Shown: positions 29,601 through 40,108, numbered from the stretch's first letter. The stretch is DNA of 64,000 bases from Paramoeba atlantica (GCA_977017575.1 CDRNVI010000015.1:248001-312000); one strand, 5' to 3'. Numbers and translations: made by a program. The notes: generated by a model not told the origin, from the letters alone.

Positions 29601-31298
29601 ATGGAAGAGGGTTCGACAGACGCCTCGACCTATCCCTTACTTAGCCCTCTGTCTCATGAGGCATTACTGGAGCACTCGAACAGCAACCTTGGTGAGGAGG
29701 ACGATGAGGGATCAATAGAATATAAGTTGAAATTAACGAAAATTACACCCACAAGACTAAAACATTTAGTGACTCAGATGCAATATCGAGTCGCGGAAGG
29801 CCGTGGAGAATGTCTCTATGAAGTAGGTGTCGCTAACGATGGTTCTGCGATAGGGGTTTCCGAGCAAGATTACAACGAAACTTTAAAGACCTTACAACAA
29901 ATGTCCCGAATATTGAATTACTCGCTGACTGTGTTGCACAAGAAAGTTATTTCTGCGCGTCCTCGCCGCGTCTGTGGTGAGATGCTGGTATGTCGTCCCA
30001 GTATTCAAACAAGCCTTACGACACTTCGCGTAGCTTTTTGCGGCGCTGTTGATGCAGGGAAGAGTACATTAATCAGTGTGCTTGTTGAGGGCGAACCTGA
30101 CGATGGATGCGGGACCGCTCGCCAATCTGTATTTCGCCACAAACATGAGCTTCAAACAGGAAGAACTTCTTGTTTGTCGGTGCATTTGCTTGGATTTTCT
30201 TTATCTGGACGCGTAATACATCAACATGAAATGACGAGTGATATTCGCAAGCAATTCGATTCATCAGGAATGCGAATTGTTGCATTATATGACTTAGCAG
30301 GAAGTGAAAAATATTTATCTACATGTACAGTGCCGGCACTTAGTGCGTGGGAACCAGACATTGGATGCGTCACAATCGACGTTGTGCGGGGAGTGCAATC
30401 AATGACGAAAGAGCAGACTAGGCTTTGCGTTAATTTGGGGTTTCCTTGGTTTGTTGTTCTCACAAAAATTGATTTAGTGGAACCTTACAAAGTTCTAACT
30501 GTATTGGATGAAATTAAAGAATTCGTACGATTGCAGGGATCTGATTTTGACTCTTTCATCGTCGAGCGCGTAGATCAGCTTTCGTCAATAATCAGTCACG
30601 AGTCGTCTTCGGGTTGGTCTAGGAATATTATTCCCATTATACCTACTTCAAGTGTAACTTGTGAAAGATTTGACATCTTGCACAGCTTGCTATACCGCTC
30701 ACCTCTACTCCACAATTGGGAATTAGCTAGAAAAATGCCTCTTCATGTCACCTTGACAAAGCATAGCTTCTTTCCCGATCTTGGATCGGTGTATCACGGC
30801 TTGGTAAATCAAGGAACAATAAAAATACGTGATCGAGTCATGTTCGGTCCATCGAAAAATGCAGAATTCGTACATGCATACGTTCGTTCGTTACACGTTC
30901 AGAGCGTTCCAGTTCACGAAACTCACGCTGGAGCAGAAGTTACGATGATTTTAGACGTCGAGTACGATTGTCACGCAAAGGGATACATCCCTTTTCGTCC
31001 TGGCATGGTCTTGGCTTTTAGAGCACCATCCGCTGGATACTCGTTTGCTGCCCAAATGATCATTTTAAGGTCAAATTTTCGCATCGGGGCTGAACCTATT
31101 ATTCAGTGCAGAAGTATACGACAATGTGCTTTGATTCAGACCATTGACTGGGACACACAGTCGGCACCAGAGCTTTCTGAGCAAGCACTCGTAAAGTTAC
31201 GATGGCTATATCGACCGGAATACATTGCTCCCGGTTTTCGCATGACCGCAATACTTTGTGGAGTTGCAGCTGTGGGTACAGTGGTTGATACAGAATAG
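29601..31298 (+). CDS. GTP-binding protein 1/2 (GTPBP1/GTPBP2) family translational GTPase
   Basis: GSIEYKLKL, QMQYRVAEGRGECLYEVGV.DG, P-loop GAVDAGKST, FRHKHELQTGRTS, DLAGSEKY and TKID, followed by EF-Tu-like beta-barrels. Confidence 0.9.
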   Translation: MEEGSTDASTYPLLSPLSHEALLEHSNSNLGEEDDEGSIEYKLKLTKITPTRLKHLVTQMQYRVAEGRGECLYEVGVANDGSAIGVSEQDYNETLKTLQQMSRILNYSLTVLHKKVISARPRRVCGEMLVCRPSIQTSLTTLRVAFCGAVDAGKSTLISVLVEGEPDDGCGTARQSVFRHKHELQTGRTSCLSVHLLGFSLSGRVIHQHEMTSDIRKQFDSSGMRIVALYDLAGSEKYLSTCTVPALSAWEPDIGCVTIDVVRGVQSMTKEQTRLCVNLGFPWFVVLTKIDLVEPYKVLTVLDEIKEFVRLQGSDFDSFIVERVDQLSSIISHESSSGWSRNIIPIIPTSSVTCERFDILHSLLYRSPLLHNWELARKMPLHVTLTKHSFFPDLGSVYHGLVNQGTIKIRDRVMFGPSKNAEFVHAYVRSLHVQSVPVHETHAGAEVTMILDVEYDCHAKGYIPFRPGMVLAFRAPSAGYSFAAQMIILRSNFRIGAEPIIQCRSIRQCALIQTIDWDTQSAPELSEQALVKLRWLYRPEYIAPGFRMTAILCGVAAVGTVVDTE

Positions 31299-31456
31299 TC
31301 TCGCGGAACACTTTTCATGGAACTCCAAAAGATTGATAACGAATGCTTTTCTATCCATAATCTTTTCATTACTACTTTTATTCTTCTCCTCTATCACGAT
31401 ATGCTAATACATAAATTTGTTGTCAGTTTTCCAAAGCCCATATTTTTTTAAAAACG

Positions 31457-33112
31457 ATGTTGCGTTCCGCAGTTAAGGATGAAGAAATAGAGCACAACTT
31501 ACTTCTTCAACTAAAGGCCGAAGGCAAAATTATTGATTCGAAAGCGTTTGCAGACTTTAATAAAATCGATCATCAACGTGTGATCGGAATTGTTAAATCA
31601 CTTCAATCCTCAGACGCGGTCCTAGGAACACTACATTCACGATCTCAATGGAAACTTACATCCGAAGGTATTCGTATCAGCCTCGAAGGATCTCCGGAGT
31701 ACCAGGTTTACCGTATTGTTAAAGAAAACGGGGGAATACTTCCAAGAAACGGCATACTTCATGAATTGTCCGAAGCTCGTCATAAGGACTTGTCAATAGA
31801 AAATCAGTTCTCTAGTAAGACCCTAATAGAACGATCGACTCCGCAGGTCACTGCTTCTAAAACTCCATTAGAGCAAAAACTAAGAAGTAAAAGTGCTGGC
31901 GAAATCACACTCGATCTTGCTATGTGCAACGGAGCTCGTAGCGGCATGCTAAAAATTGCTAAACAAGGCGGTATCGCTTATATCTGCGTTGGAGGAGATT
32001 TTCCGGTGGATGCTGTCCAGCAACAATGTTGTTCTGTGAAGGAAGGTGTAGAATTAGATGATGGGCAGTATAATTTGCTGAAAAAGCGCCAGTTGGCCAT
32101 TCTTGAAAAGGAAAAATACTTTTCTCTGGAAAAAGGTCCAAATTTTTCGCTCGTGAGGACAAAGGAGGAAACTGATCTTACGCGTGCCATGCTTCAGTCG
32201 GGTTCTTGGAAATCAAGTGTGTTCAAATCGTATAATTTTGAGGCTGACGGCATACGGCCGGCTACAGGAGCTCTGCACCCACTGATGAAGATACGCCAAG
32301 AGTATCGAGAACTTTTCTTGGAACTAGGATTTCAAGAAATGAAAACGGACGACTTTGTCGAATCTAGTTTCTGGAATTTTGATGCTCTCTTCGTTCCTCA
32401 ACGACACCCAGCGAGAGATATGCAAGACACCTTTTTCTTATCTGAACCGGAGTCTTGTCCAGAACAGTTTCCTCCGGATTACGTGCAATCCGTGCGTGAT
32501 GCTCACGAAAGTGGCAAGGGCTGCGACAGCACTGGGTACAGCTATCAATGGTCCGAGAAAGAAACACGGAAAAATGTCCTTCGTACACACACAACAGCTG
32601 TGACGGCGCGAAAGTTATATGAAATTGCACAACGTGCGCTTCGAACATGCCAAGACCCGATGCCTGGGAAGTACTTCTCTATCGATCGTGTCTTTCGCAA
32701 CGAGGAAATGGATAAGACGCACTTGTGTGAGTTTCATCAAGTGGAAGGGTTTATCATTGATCGAAACCTGTCGCTCGCCCACATGATGAGTGTACTGAAG
32801 CAATTTTTCCTGAAGATCGGAATCGGGGAGCTTCGATTTAAACCTGCTTATAATCCATACACAGAACCATCCATGGAGATTTTTGGATATCATAAGACGC
32901 ATCAAAAATGGGTTGAGGTGGGAAACAGCGGCGTCTTCCGTCCTGAAATGCTCCGTCCCATGGGATTCGGTCCTGATGTTACGGCCATTGCTTGGGGTTT
33001 ATCTCTTGAACGACCTACGATGATCAAGTACGGCATACATAACATACACGATTTGGTCGGTCTGAAGGTTGACCTTGGATTTATCAAGCGCTCACCGTTG
33101 TGTAGAATGTGA
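31457..33112 (+). CDS. FARSA: Phenylalanyl-tRNA synthetase alpha subunit (cytosolic type)
   Basis: GALHPLMK, FWNFDALFVPQRHPARDMQDTFF, LRTHTTAVT, KYFSIDRVFRNE..D.THL.EFHQVEG, FKPAYNPYTEPSME and AWGLSLERPTM. Confidence 0.97.
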   Translation: MLRSAVKDEEIEHNLLLQLKAEGKIIDSKAFADFNKIDHQRVIGIVKSLQSSDAVLGTLHSRSQWKLTSEGIRISLEGSPEYQVYRIVKENGGILPRNGILHELSEARHKDLSIENQFSSKTLIERSTPQVTASKTPLEQKLRSKSAGEITLDLAMCNGARSGMLKIAKQGGIAYICVGGDFPVDAVQQQCCSVKEGVELDDGQYNLLKKRQLAILEKEKYFSLEKGPNFSLVRTKEETDLTRAMLQSGSWKSSVFKSYNFEADGIRPATGALHPLMKIRQEYRELFLELGFQEMKTDDFVESSFWNFDALFVPQRHPARDMQDTFFLSEPESCPEQFPPDYVQSVRDAHESGKGCDSTGYSYQWSEKETRKNVLRTHTTAVTARKLYEIAQRALRTCQDPMPGKYFSIDRVFRNEEMDKTHLCEFHQVEGFIIDRNLSLAHMMSVLKQFFLKIGIGELRFKPAYNPYTEPSMEIFGYHKTHQKWVEVGNSGVFRPEMLRPMGFGPDVTAIAWGLSLERPTMIKYGIHNIHDLVGLKVDLGFIKRSPLCRM

Positions 33113-33454
33113 GCTATTTGTCCCTTCGAGTTTAATATTAGTGTCGTTAGTTATTCGGCGAGGGAAATAATCTAGCGTACCTGTTATACAGTGCTATACA
33201 GTGTATGTTCTTACTTACATGTACATCGTATGTCACAATCCGAATATCCGAGCTGGGCGGCGAAATACCGAAAACTAAGAAAACGTATATTTTGATCAGG
33301 AATGAAGTTTTATCTTTATCGCAAAATAGTGTGCCACAAAAACTAGGATAGAATTGCATAAAAATGATCATTGCATCTAAATCACAATCCTCTTTAACGT
33401 TTCCATAAGCTGTCATAAGCACAGTATGCAGGTGTATATAATTCATTTCAATAC

Positions 33455-34228
33455 ATGCGTCTTAAAATGAACATTCTTCCCGTTCCGCTACTTAAGGACA
33501 ACTATGCCTATATCTTACGATGTTCCACCACCCAAACAACGGCCATAGTAGATGCCCCGCATGGGGATCTGTCCCCACTCTACGCCTCCTTATCCACCAC
33601 CCCGAGTCATGTTCTCACGACTCACAAACATCTCGACCACTGCGGGGGTAATTTGGAGCTCAGTCGCCGGTACCCCGGAATTGAAATCGTCGGAGGGGCG
33701 ACCGAGGAGATTCCAGCGGTCACAAAAAAGGTAAATCATGGGGAGGAGTTCGCCTTGGGTGCGCTGAGCATTCGCGTACTACACACCCCTTGTCACACTA
33801 CCGGACATGTGTGTTATTACGTATCTTCCAGACGCGAAGGCCCGGGTAGTGTTTTCACGGGAGATACACTGTTTACTGCGGGAATCGGGGCATTTTTTGA
33901 AGGCACGGCAAGCGATATGGTGGGTAGTTTGAAGACGCTGTTAAGACTCCCTTTGTCCACTCAGGTTTATTGCGGGCATGAATACACGGAAAGTTTTCTT
34001 GAGCGTGCGAGAAATGTGGAGAGTGATAACATGGATGCTTTGCAGATGGCGGCGGAAGTGCGAAAGAAGCGAGAAGACGGGCACCCCACAGTGGGAACAA
34101 CTTTGGCTGAAGAACTCAAGTATAATGTTTTTCTTCGATGTCTGTACCCGGAACTGCAAAAGTCGTTTGGCATATACGATGAAATATGTCTATTAGAGAA
34201 AGTGTACTCAATGACTCGGAGGAAATGA
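33455..34228 (+). CDS. GLO2: Glyoxalase II (hydroxyacylglutathione/trypanothione hydrolase)
   Basis: LKDNYAY, metallo-beta-lactamase motif THKHLDHCGGN (THKH as in trypanosomatid enzymes), HTPCHTTGHVCY, FTGDTLF and YCGHEYT. Confidence 0.92.
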   Translation: MRLKMNILPVPLLKDNYAYILRCSTTQTTAIVDAPHGDLSPLYASLSTTPSHVLTTHKHLDHCGGNLELSRRYPGIEIVGGATEEIPAVTKKVNHGEEFALGALSIRVLHTPCHTTGHVCYYVSSRREGPGSVFTGDTLFTAGIGAFFEGTASDMVGSLKTLLRLPLSTQVYCGHEYTESFLERARNVESDNMDALQMAAEVRKKREDGHPTVGTTLAEELKYNVFLRCLYPELQKSFGIYDEICLLEKVYSMTRRK

Positions 34229-34260
34229 TTTTTCTTCTACTATGCATCTACTACACTGTA

Positions 34261-35016
34261 CAGTGGTGTCTTTTACTCCCCCCTACAGGTCATTTATTTT
34301 GTTCGATTTTAGAAATATTTTGTATGGGACTGTTTTTCGACCCAATCGTTCCGAATCTGAATTCCTTTTCACTCGTGGACACCTACTTACATGTATATCA
34401 TTCCTAAATTGAAAACAAACTGCCAAAAACTCGCTAATTTTTTTCAAAATTAGAAATTGTTTTTCAAAATTGATACATTTTTTGGTGATTCATGACGAAG
34501 AAGCACGGCCCCCTGTGTTTACCTTCCTCTCGCGTGCGCCCCGAGATGCGCACGGCACTCGTGATCGAATACGAGTGACTTGAGTCCCATAAGGCAGTCG
34601 CAAAACTTCAGAAATTTAACCCCGGGTCCATCATTGTAACTTTTCGTTGTTTTTCCGAAGATCAACCGGAAACGTTTAAGAATATCTTCTGGAACTATCG
34701 TAAGCGTTTACTCTTGGTCAAGGAGGCCAAAGGGCATATTACTAAATACTAGAAAATACTTTACACTCCTTTTCCGCGTCTTCTGACTTAATTTACTACT
34801 GTTCTTCATCCGAAAGATTCGAAAAAGTACACCCAAAAAGTTGTAATTAGCTTTTTTGACCCCTACCTGGCTAGGAGGTAGGGGGTCGCTCGAGTGAAAA
34901 GGACCACGAGTTCGGAAGGGTTCTGTCGAAAAACGGTGGTATACCAAATATTTCCAAAATCGGACAAAATACAAGACCTGTAGGGGGGGGGGGGTAAAAG
35001 AGGCTGATCACCACTG
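34261..35016 (-). mobile_element. 756-bp Tc1/mariner-type MITE, family A copy 2 (opposite orientation)
   Basis: TA|cagtggtgtcttttactcccccctacagg ... cctgtagggggggggggtaaaagaggctgatcaccactg|TA. The interior is the reverse complement of 25203-25986, with identical 45- and 49-bp blocks (gtagtaaattaagtcagaagacgcggaaaaggagtgtaaagtatt; ttagtaatatgccctttggcctccttgaccaagagtaaacgcttacgat). Confidence 0.9.
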
Positions 35017-35118
35017 TATCTAGTGTGGTAAAACAGCAGAGAACGTATGGGTTGTGTCGGTTCTTTTCTATTCTTATTGACCTTGAAACATTTGACATCT
35101 TGTAACAATATATATACA

Positions 35119-36885
35119 ATGCGCGGGCACCCTCTGCCTGGTGGTTACAGTCCGCTCCACCATTTTTCAATGGAATCTAGGTACGTAGCACGAAATTTCG
35201 AAGAATTTAAGACCATTGTGAGCAATCCGGGCCCCTTTTCCGTGAAATACTCTAGAGATTATCTAGAGTGGTACTGGAAAGCCTACCAAACAAAGGTAAA
35301 GAATCATGAAAAGAAAAGCGAATTTGAGAATAAAGACTGCAATGAAATGTTAGATAGCCACACGCCTCGTCATTTATATACCATGCCTCCTACCTCTGCT
35401 CGACGCAAAGAGCATGAAAGAGCCAAAGCAGGTGCTCAATTGGTCATAGATCGGTGTGCCCGTCGGCACGCCTTACTAGATGTTTGGGAAAGGAAACCGC
35501 AGTATCCCCATATTGATCTTTTCAATTCGGTGACTTCTTGGCATATTCACGAATTAGTCCGCAAGTTTCTTGATTTGTCGGTTAGTGTTGCTTCTTTTTG
35601 GATTCGCATAGTTATGTTCGCAACCCTAATTATTCACAAGTATCCTGAAACATTTTCTAAAGTGGCCCCACAACTTAAGGAAGTTATTGAGAAAGTTTCA
35701 TGGGATCGCTCGTCAAAAGCTGCCGGAAATTCACCCACCAAAAGATTACATGATATGATGAATAATCTGCTGCGAAGATACGACATTCATAATGCAGTCG
35801 AAGCTTCCCTTGTTCTATCTTGCTTAGAAAGAGACTCACTTTCGGCATTAAATGTCCAAACGGATTCCCCCAAAATCAATCTTCAGGAATACCACTTTGT
35901 TTCTCTGCATACGCACGTTCCACAATCCACAGATGCTCTGTTTAAAGAAGAAAATCTGGCATTATTGAGATGCTATTTGTATGCTGAGATGAATTCATGG
36001 GTCCCTAGTCCCGTTTTCCGAGCCCATCCAGCCGCTAAAGAAGTCGTTACGTTACCAAGCTCTGACCTTTCGCGCATACCATCTCCAGAGAGCGTACAAT
36101 TTTTCTTTGCTGCGAGCGTTCCTCAGATTCGAAGGCTCGAAACGCGTTTAAAGGAAGCTACGATGATACATCGGCAGATCGCCCTACAAGATGACAAATA
36201 TATTAATCCTCGAACACTGTACAACCCCAAAACGTTTCGTGCCGAAATACGAGATGAAATCAATATAAAAATGGAGCGTGCATTGCTAAAGTATGAAGGA
36301 GCTTCAAGGAGCTTGAAGCCACGCAGTCCAGAAGAAGAAGCTGAAGAATTGGCTAGTCAAGGCAGTACTCAAGTGAAACCATCTCTTTATTTTTTTGCGA
36401 GACGTCTTAAAGCAGAGCCAACTGTTTCCCTTGCGCTTTCCATGGATAGTGGAGGAGAAGTTCGCCGCAGACTATTTGATGCAGCGAAGGAGATGTATCT
36501 TGAGCGGTTGCACTATTTTGATGATCGTTTGCGTTACTTGCACAATCAACAAAGTAAGGTAGCGCTGACTCTGTTGGATAAAGCCATAGAAGATACGATT
36601 CGCCATCATGAAAAATTATTCGGTTCGAGGTTACATCTCGGGGCTGGTGCAGCACTTTTTTTGAATGGTTCTCATGTCCCCTTAGCGGAACGACACTTCG
36701 ACGAATATGGTGCTCATAGTCGACAGACTAGAGAGAATTACGCACGGCGTTATATTTCTCCTATGGACCGACCGAGTGCAGAACAGTCTTTCAGCACTAC
36801 AACATCGTCGGAGGGGACTGAATCGTCTGTTCACGGAGATACTCAAAATTTGGAAGACATGCCTACCTCTCCAGAAAGCCCATAG
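35119..36885 (+). CDS. Hypothetical protein (possibly kinetoplastid mitochondrial)
   Basis: 588-aa open frame from ATG 35119, helical and charged. No family recognised. Confidence 0.65.
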   Translation: MRGHPLPGGYSPLHHFSMESRYVARNFEEFKTIVSNPGPFSVKYSRDYLEWYWKAYQTKVKNHEKKSEFENKDCNEMLDSHTPRHLYTMPPTSARRKEHERAKAGAQLVIDRCARRHALLDVWERKPQYPHIDLFNSVTSWHIHELVRKFLDLSVSVASFWIRIVMFATLIIHKYPETFSKVAPQLKEVIEKVSWDRSSKAAGNSPTKRLHDMMNNLLRRYDIHNAVEASLVLSCLERDSLSALNVQTDSPKINLQEYHFVSLHTHVPQSTDALFKEENLALLRCYLYAEMNSWVPSPVFRAHPAAKEVVTLPSSDLSRIPSPESVQFFFAASVPQIRRLETRLKEATMIHRQIALQDDKYINPRTLYNPKTFRAEIRDEINIKMERALLKYEGASRSLKPRSPEEEAEELASQGSTQVKPSLYFFARRLKAEPTVSLALSMDSGGEVRRRLFDAAKEMYLERLHYFDDRLRYLHNQQSKVALTLLDKAIEDTIRHHEKLFGSRLHLGAGAALFLNGSHVPLAERHFDEYGAHSRQTRENYARRYISPMDRPSAEQSFSTTTSSEGTESSVHGDTQNLEDMPTSPESP

Positions 36886-37467
36886 CTCATACCAAATTTG
36901 TAAGAACTCATTAATATATCGATTTTTGTATGTTCATGATTCGTTAAGAAGACTTTGCATCCAAGGATGCAGAGCGATACTGCACATCTTGTACAATCTG
37001 AAACAAAGTTCTCTTCACTTTGCTCTAGTTGCTTATTCCTTCAGTGAAACGTGCACAATAGTAATGTACAACTGTATATTCAACCTATTACGAAAAGAAA
37101 AAAAGCGAGAGTGTCGAGTTACGAGGTTTAATGTCTTTGCGGCGACGTCAGGCCTGCCGTGTAATATGTTATTTGAATCTGCATAAAGCCTACAAGCCAC
37201 AGCTTCAGTGTCCAAAACTTCTTTTGCGGTAAACAATGTACTTGTTCCTTTCTGCATACTGATAGATGATCTACATCTGTGTACCTAAGATCTGTATATT
37301 ATGGTATGTGAATGGAAGAATGATTATTCCAACAATCCAGTGCACTTCATTGTCTATTAGTGTGGTCATTGGGGCTTTAAAATGCTACGAATTACAACAT
37401 ACCACTGCCAAAATGAAATGATCCTTCTAGAAATATTTTTATTAAACTTACATATGCTTTGGTCACC

Positions 37468-39027
37468 ATGCAAATGGAAACGGAAAAGAATTTGAAAACA
37501 GTCAAGGTACGTCGAAAATGGAAGGGTCCTATATCAGTTCAACGAGACCCTGAAGAAGCTACTGTGGTAAAGGACATAGGAAAAGATCCAGAAGAAGAGA
37601 AGTCTGATAGCGAACCAGAATTCGTGCTAGACATTGACCCTTCCGAAACAAATCCCGTAGTTGAGCCTGAAAGGAAAGTTTTATTAACCGGAGAGCAATC
37701 TGCCACGCAAAAGAATAAACCGCAAGCTCGTGTATTTGACCCCGCTCTACGTCATATAAAGAAACCTCGTCATACGCACCGTGAACTTGCGCTTTTTCTA
37801 AAATCGAATTTAGATACTGCAGAAAAGCAAAAACTGGAAAACGTATCGACTGAAACGACATCCTATTCCCAGAGTACAATCACACCTATTGAATTTCTAC
37901 AACGCATTCGAAAACCGAAGATAGCTGGTAAACGGAAGCAGTTTAGCAGAGAATATGCAACCGACTCGGCAACACCCACGTTACACAGAACAAATACTTC
38001 CACCAATGATATTGTGTCAGAATCTCGTGTCGAGCGAAGGCACGAATACAATTCAATAGGATTTCCATGGGTAACGGGCATTGTCGACAACAGTGATCTC
38101 CGGCCTCCTCCGAATGTCGAATGGTGGGATGCGGATTGGATGGAACCTCTGGACTTCTCCACGTTGGACCCCGCTAATCTAGAAAATCTGTCCGCCACAA
38201 TGAAAAAGTCCACTCCTTTAGTAATGTACGGTCATTCAGCTATTCAAGATTCCACGAGAAAGGGAAATCTTAATCCTTTAAGTATCCAACCCATTGCCGA
38301 ACGTGCAGAAGTTTTACCAAAAACAAAATCTGAAAGGAAAAAAGAACGACGCATGCGGAGGAAAGAAAAGGCTGAAAAAGGTCGGCAGGCTATACGTCGC
38401 GGGGAAGTCGAGCCTCCAGCTCCCAAACTTACCTTGAAAAACGTACAAAAAATTCTTCAAAATCGAAAGGTGGTACAAATGGATCCCACTGCTCAAGAAA
38501 TGCTTGTTTTGGAAGATCAAGCACGTCGTATTGAGGCTCACGAACAGCGTAACGCTGTTCGCAAGCTCAGTTCAAAAGAACGGGGAGAAAAAGTACGGCT
38601 CAAGCGGGAGGCAGACGCCAAAATTAATCCCACAAGGTCCGTTTTTCGAATTGATTTTAAAAATGGGGAAACAGGGAAATCGTTGTACAAAGTCTACACC
38701 AACGGAACGCAACTCCATGCGTGTGGGCTCGTCTTGAATGTAGGTACAATGGGTATCGTTATTTTGGAGACAGGTCGCAAGCCCACAGGAAAACTATACA
38801 CCCTTCTGACGCGACGAATGCGAAATGAGATTAATGCCATACTAGTGTTTCAAGGTCCACTATCTGCATCTCAATTTAGAGCATTTGAGCGGAGAGAATT
38901 TTCACATGAGGTAACAGCTAGAATTTATTTGAGGGATCGGCAGTATGAATTAGCATGGGATTCGGTGCTAAACACGACGCAAGCTTCAACGCCGGTGAAC
39001 AGCGGGAATATTCAGGAAGATCAATAA
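37468..39027 (+). CDS. PRP3: U4/U6 snRNP protein PRP3
   Basis: PPPNVEWWD, ERKKERRMRRKEK..IRRGEVEPPAPKLTLKN, DPTAQE..R..AHEQRN..RKL, and C-terminal ferredoxin-like domain (SVFRI..YKV..NGTQL..G). Confidence 0.88.
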   Translation: MQMETEKNLKTVKVRRKWKGPISVQRDPEEATVVKDIGKDPEEEKSDSEPEFVLDIDPSETNPVVEPERKVLLTGEQSATQKNKPQARVFDPALRHIKKPRHTHRELALFLKSNLDTAEKQKLENVSTETTSYSQSTITPIEFLQRIRKPKIAGKRKQFSREYATDSATPTLHRTNTSTNDIVSESRVERRHEYNSIGFPWVTGIVDNSDLRPPPNVEWWDADWMEPLDFSTLDPANLENLSATMKKSTPLVMYGHSAIQDSTRKGNLNPLSIQPIAERAEVLPKTKSERKKERRMRRKEKAEKGRQAIRRGEVEPPAPKLTLKNVQKILQNRKVVQMDPTAQEMLVLEDQARRIEAHEQRNAVRKLSSKERGEKVRLKREADAKINPTRSVFRIDFKNGETGKSLYKVYTNGTQLHACGLVLNVGTMGIVILETGRKPTGKLYTLLTRRMRNEINAILVFQGPLSASQFRAFERREFSHEVTARIYLRDRQYELAWDSVLNTTQASTPVNSGNIQEDQ

Positions 39028-39441
39028 TGTTTTGATGTTATGCCCTAGCTATAGTAGTTGGACCACATTTTTAACATACTCTCCTGAGCAGCAGCTCCAG
39101 AAAATATGAAGCAGTGCTGTGAAGCAGTTGCTGTGTGTTTATCGTCATAGTTCTATAAGTTCATGCCTGGAATCCTTCAATGAGCAATGGAGCGTCTACA
39201 AAGAATCTAGCGTCCAGAAACTATTAAGGGTAGATAAAAACGAAATCTTATTAGTATTACTATTTGTATTTAGTGGTGAAACGGTTTACTACCAAAGGAA
39301 AATTCAAGAATCCGAAATCAAAATTTAGACTAAACTACAGTGAGGTATAGAAGCATCGTATATTTTATTTTGAGTTGTTTTCTTTGAATTGTTTCCCACA
39401 CTCATGTATCGGGTGTACAGGATAGCTGCGATAGAAATCTA

Positions 39442-39951
39442 ATGCGCCAAACCAAGCGTTTGTTGGCTCAGAGGACTGTAATATTTTTGCATCGCCTCAC
39501 ATTACGTCCGAAGCAAGTCCTGAACTCTACGCGAGTGTTCACGTCGGAGGACATTGCAGCATATTCTGCTCTTACCGGTGATAATAACCCCTTGCACGAA
39601 ATAGCTGAGATTCCTCGGAGCCTCGGACTTGCACGTGCCTCTGATAAGCGGCTTGTCCCCGGTTGGCTCACTGCATCACATTTCAGCGCCCTTATGGCCA
39701 ATGTTCTCCCTGGACCCTATTGTATATATCGTTCGCAAGCCCTACAATTTCGTGCTCCTGTCTACGAAGGGGATGTTGTGCGGTATGAAATTCGTGTTTT
39801 GCGACACTGCTCTCGATCTGGGATGGTTTCACTACTCACCATGGCCTACGTCGGTGAGTCTTGTGTTCTTGAAGGTAGGGCAGAAGGAAAGCATGTCCCT
39901 CCATCTAAAGCGTTGTCCCAAGCACAGCAGGAAATCAACAAGTCAGAGTAA
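39442..39951 (+). CDS. MaoC-like hot-dog dehydratase (mitochondrial 3-hydroxyacyl-thioester dehydratase HTD2-like)
   Basis: FTSEDIAAYSALTGDNNPLH, LVPGWLTASHFS..LPGPYCIYRSQALQFRAPVYEGD, and a presequence-like N-terminus MRQTKRLLA. Confidence 0.85.
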   Translation: MRQTKRLLAQRTVIFLHRLTLRPKQVLNSTRVFTSEDIAAYSALTGDNNPLHEIAEIPRSLGLARASDKRLVPGWLTASHFSALMANVLPGPYCIYRSQALQFRAPVYEGDVVRYEIRVLRHCSRSGMVSLLTMAYVGESCVLEGRAEGKHVPPSKALSQAQQEINKSE

Positions 39952-40108
39952 AGTTCGGACCTTTTAATCTTATCCAGTGCAGTCAAGACGCGGATTTTTT
40001 TAAGTCGAATCTAACATAAAATTTATTTTTAATTGAAATTTGGTATTGGATCTATGTCTCCCAGCACAAGCATCTCCTGAATAGTTGAATTATTTTTCAA
40101 GACAATTA

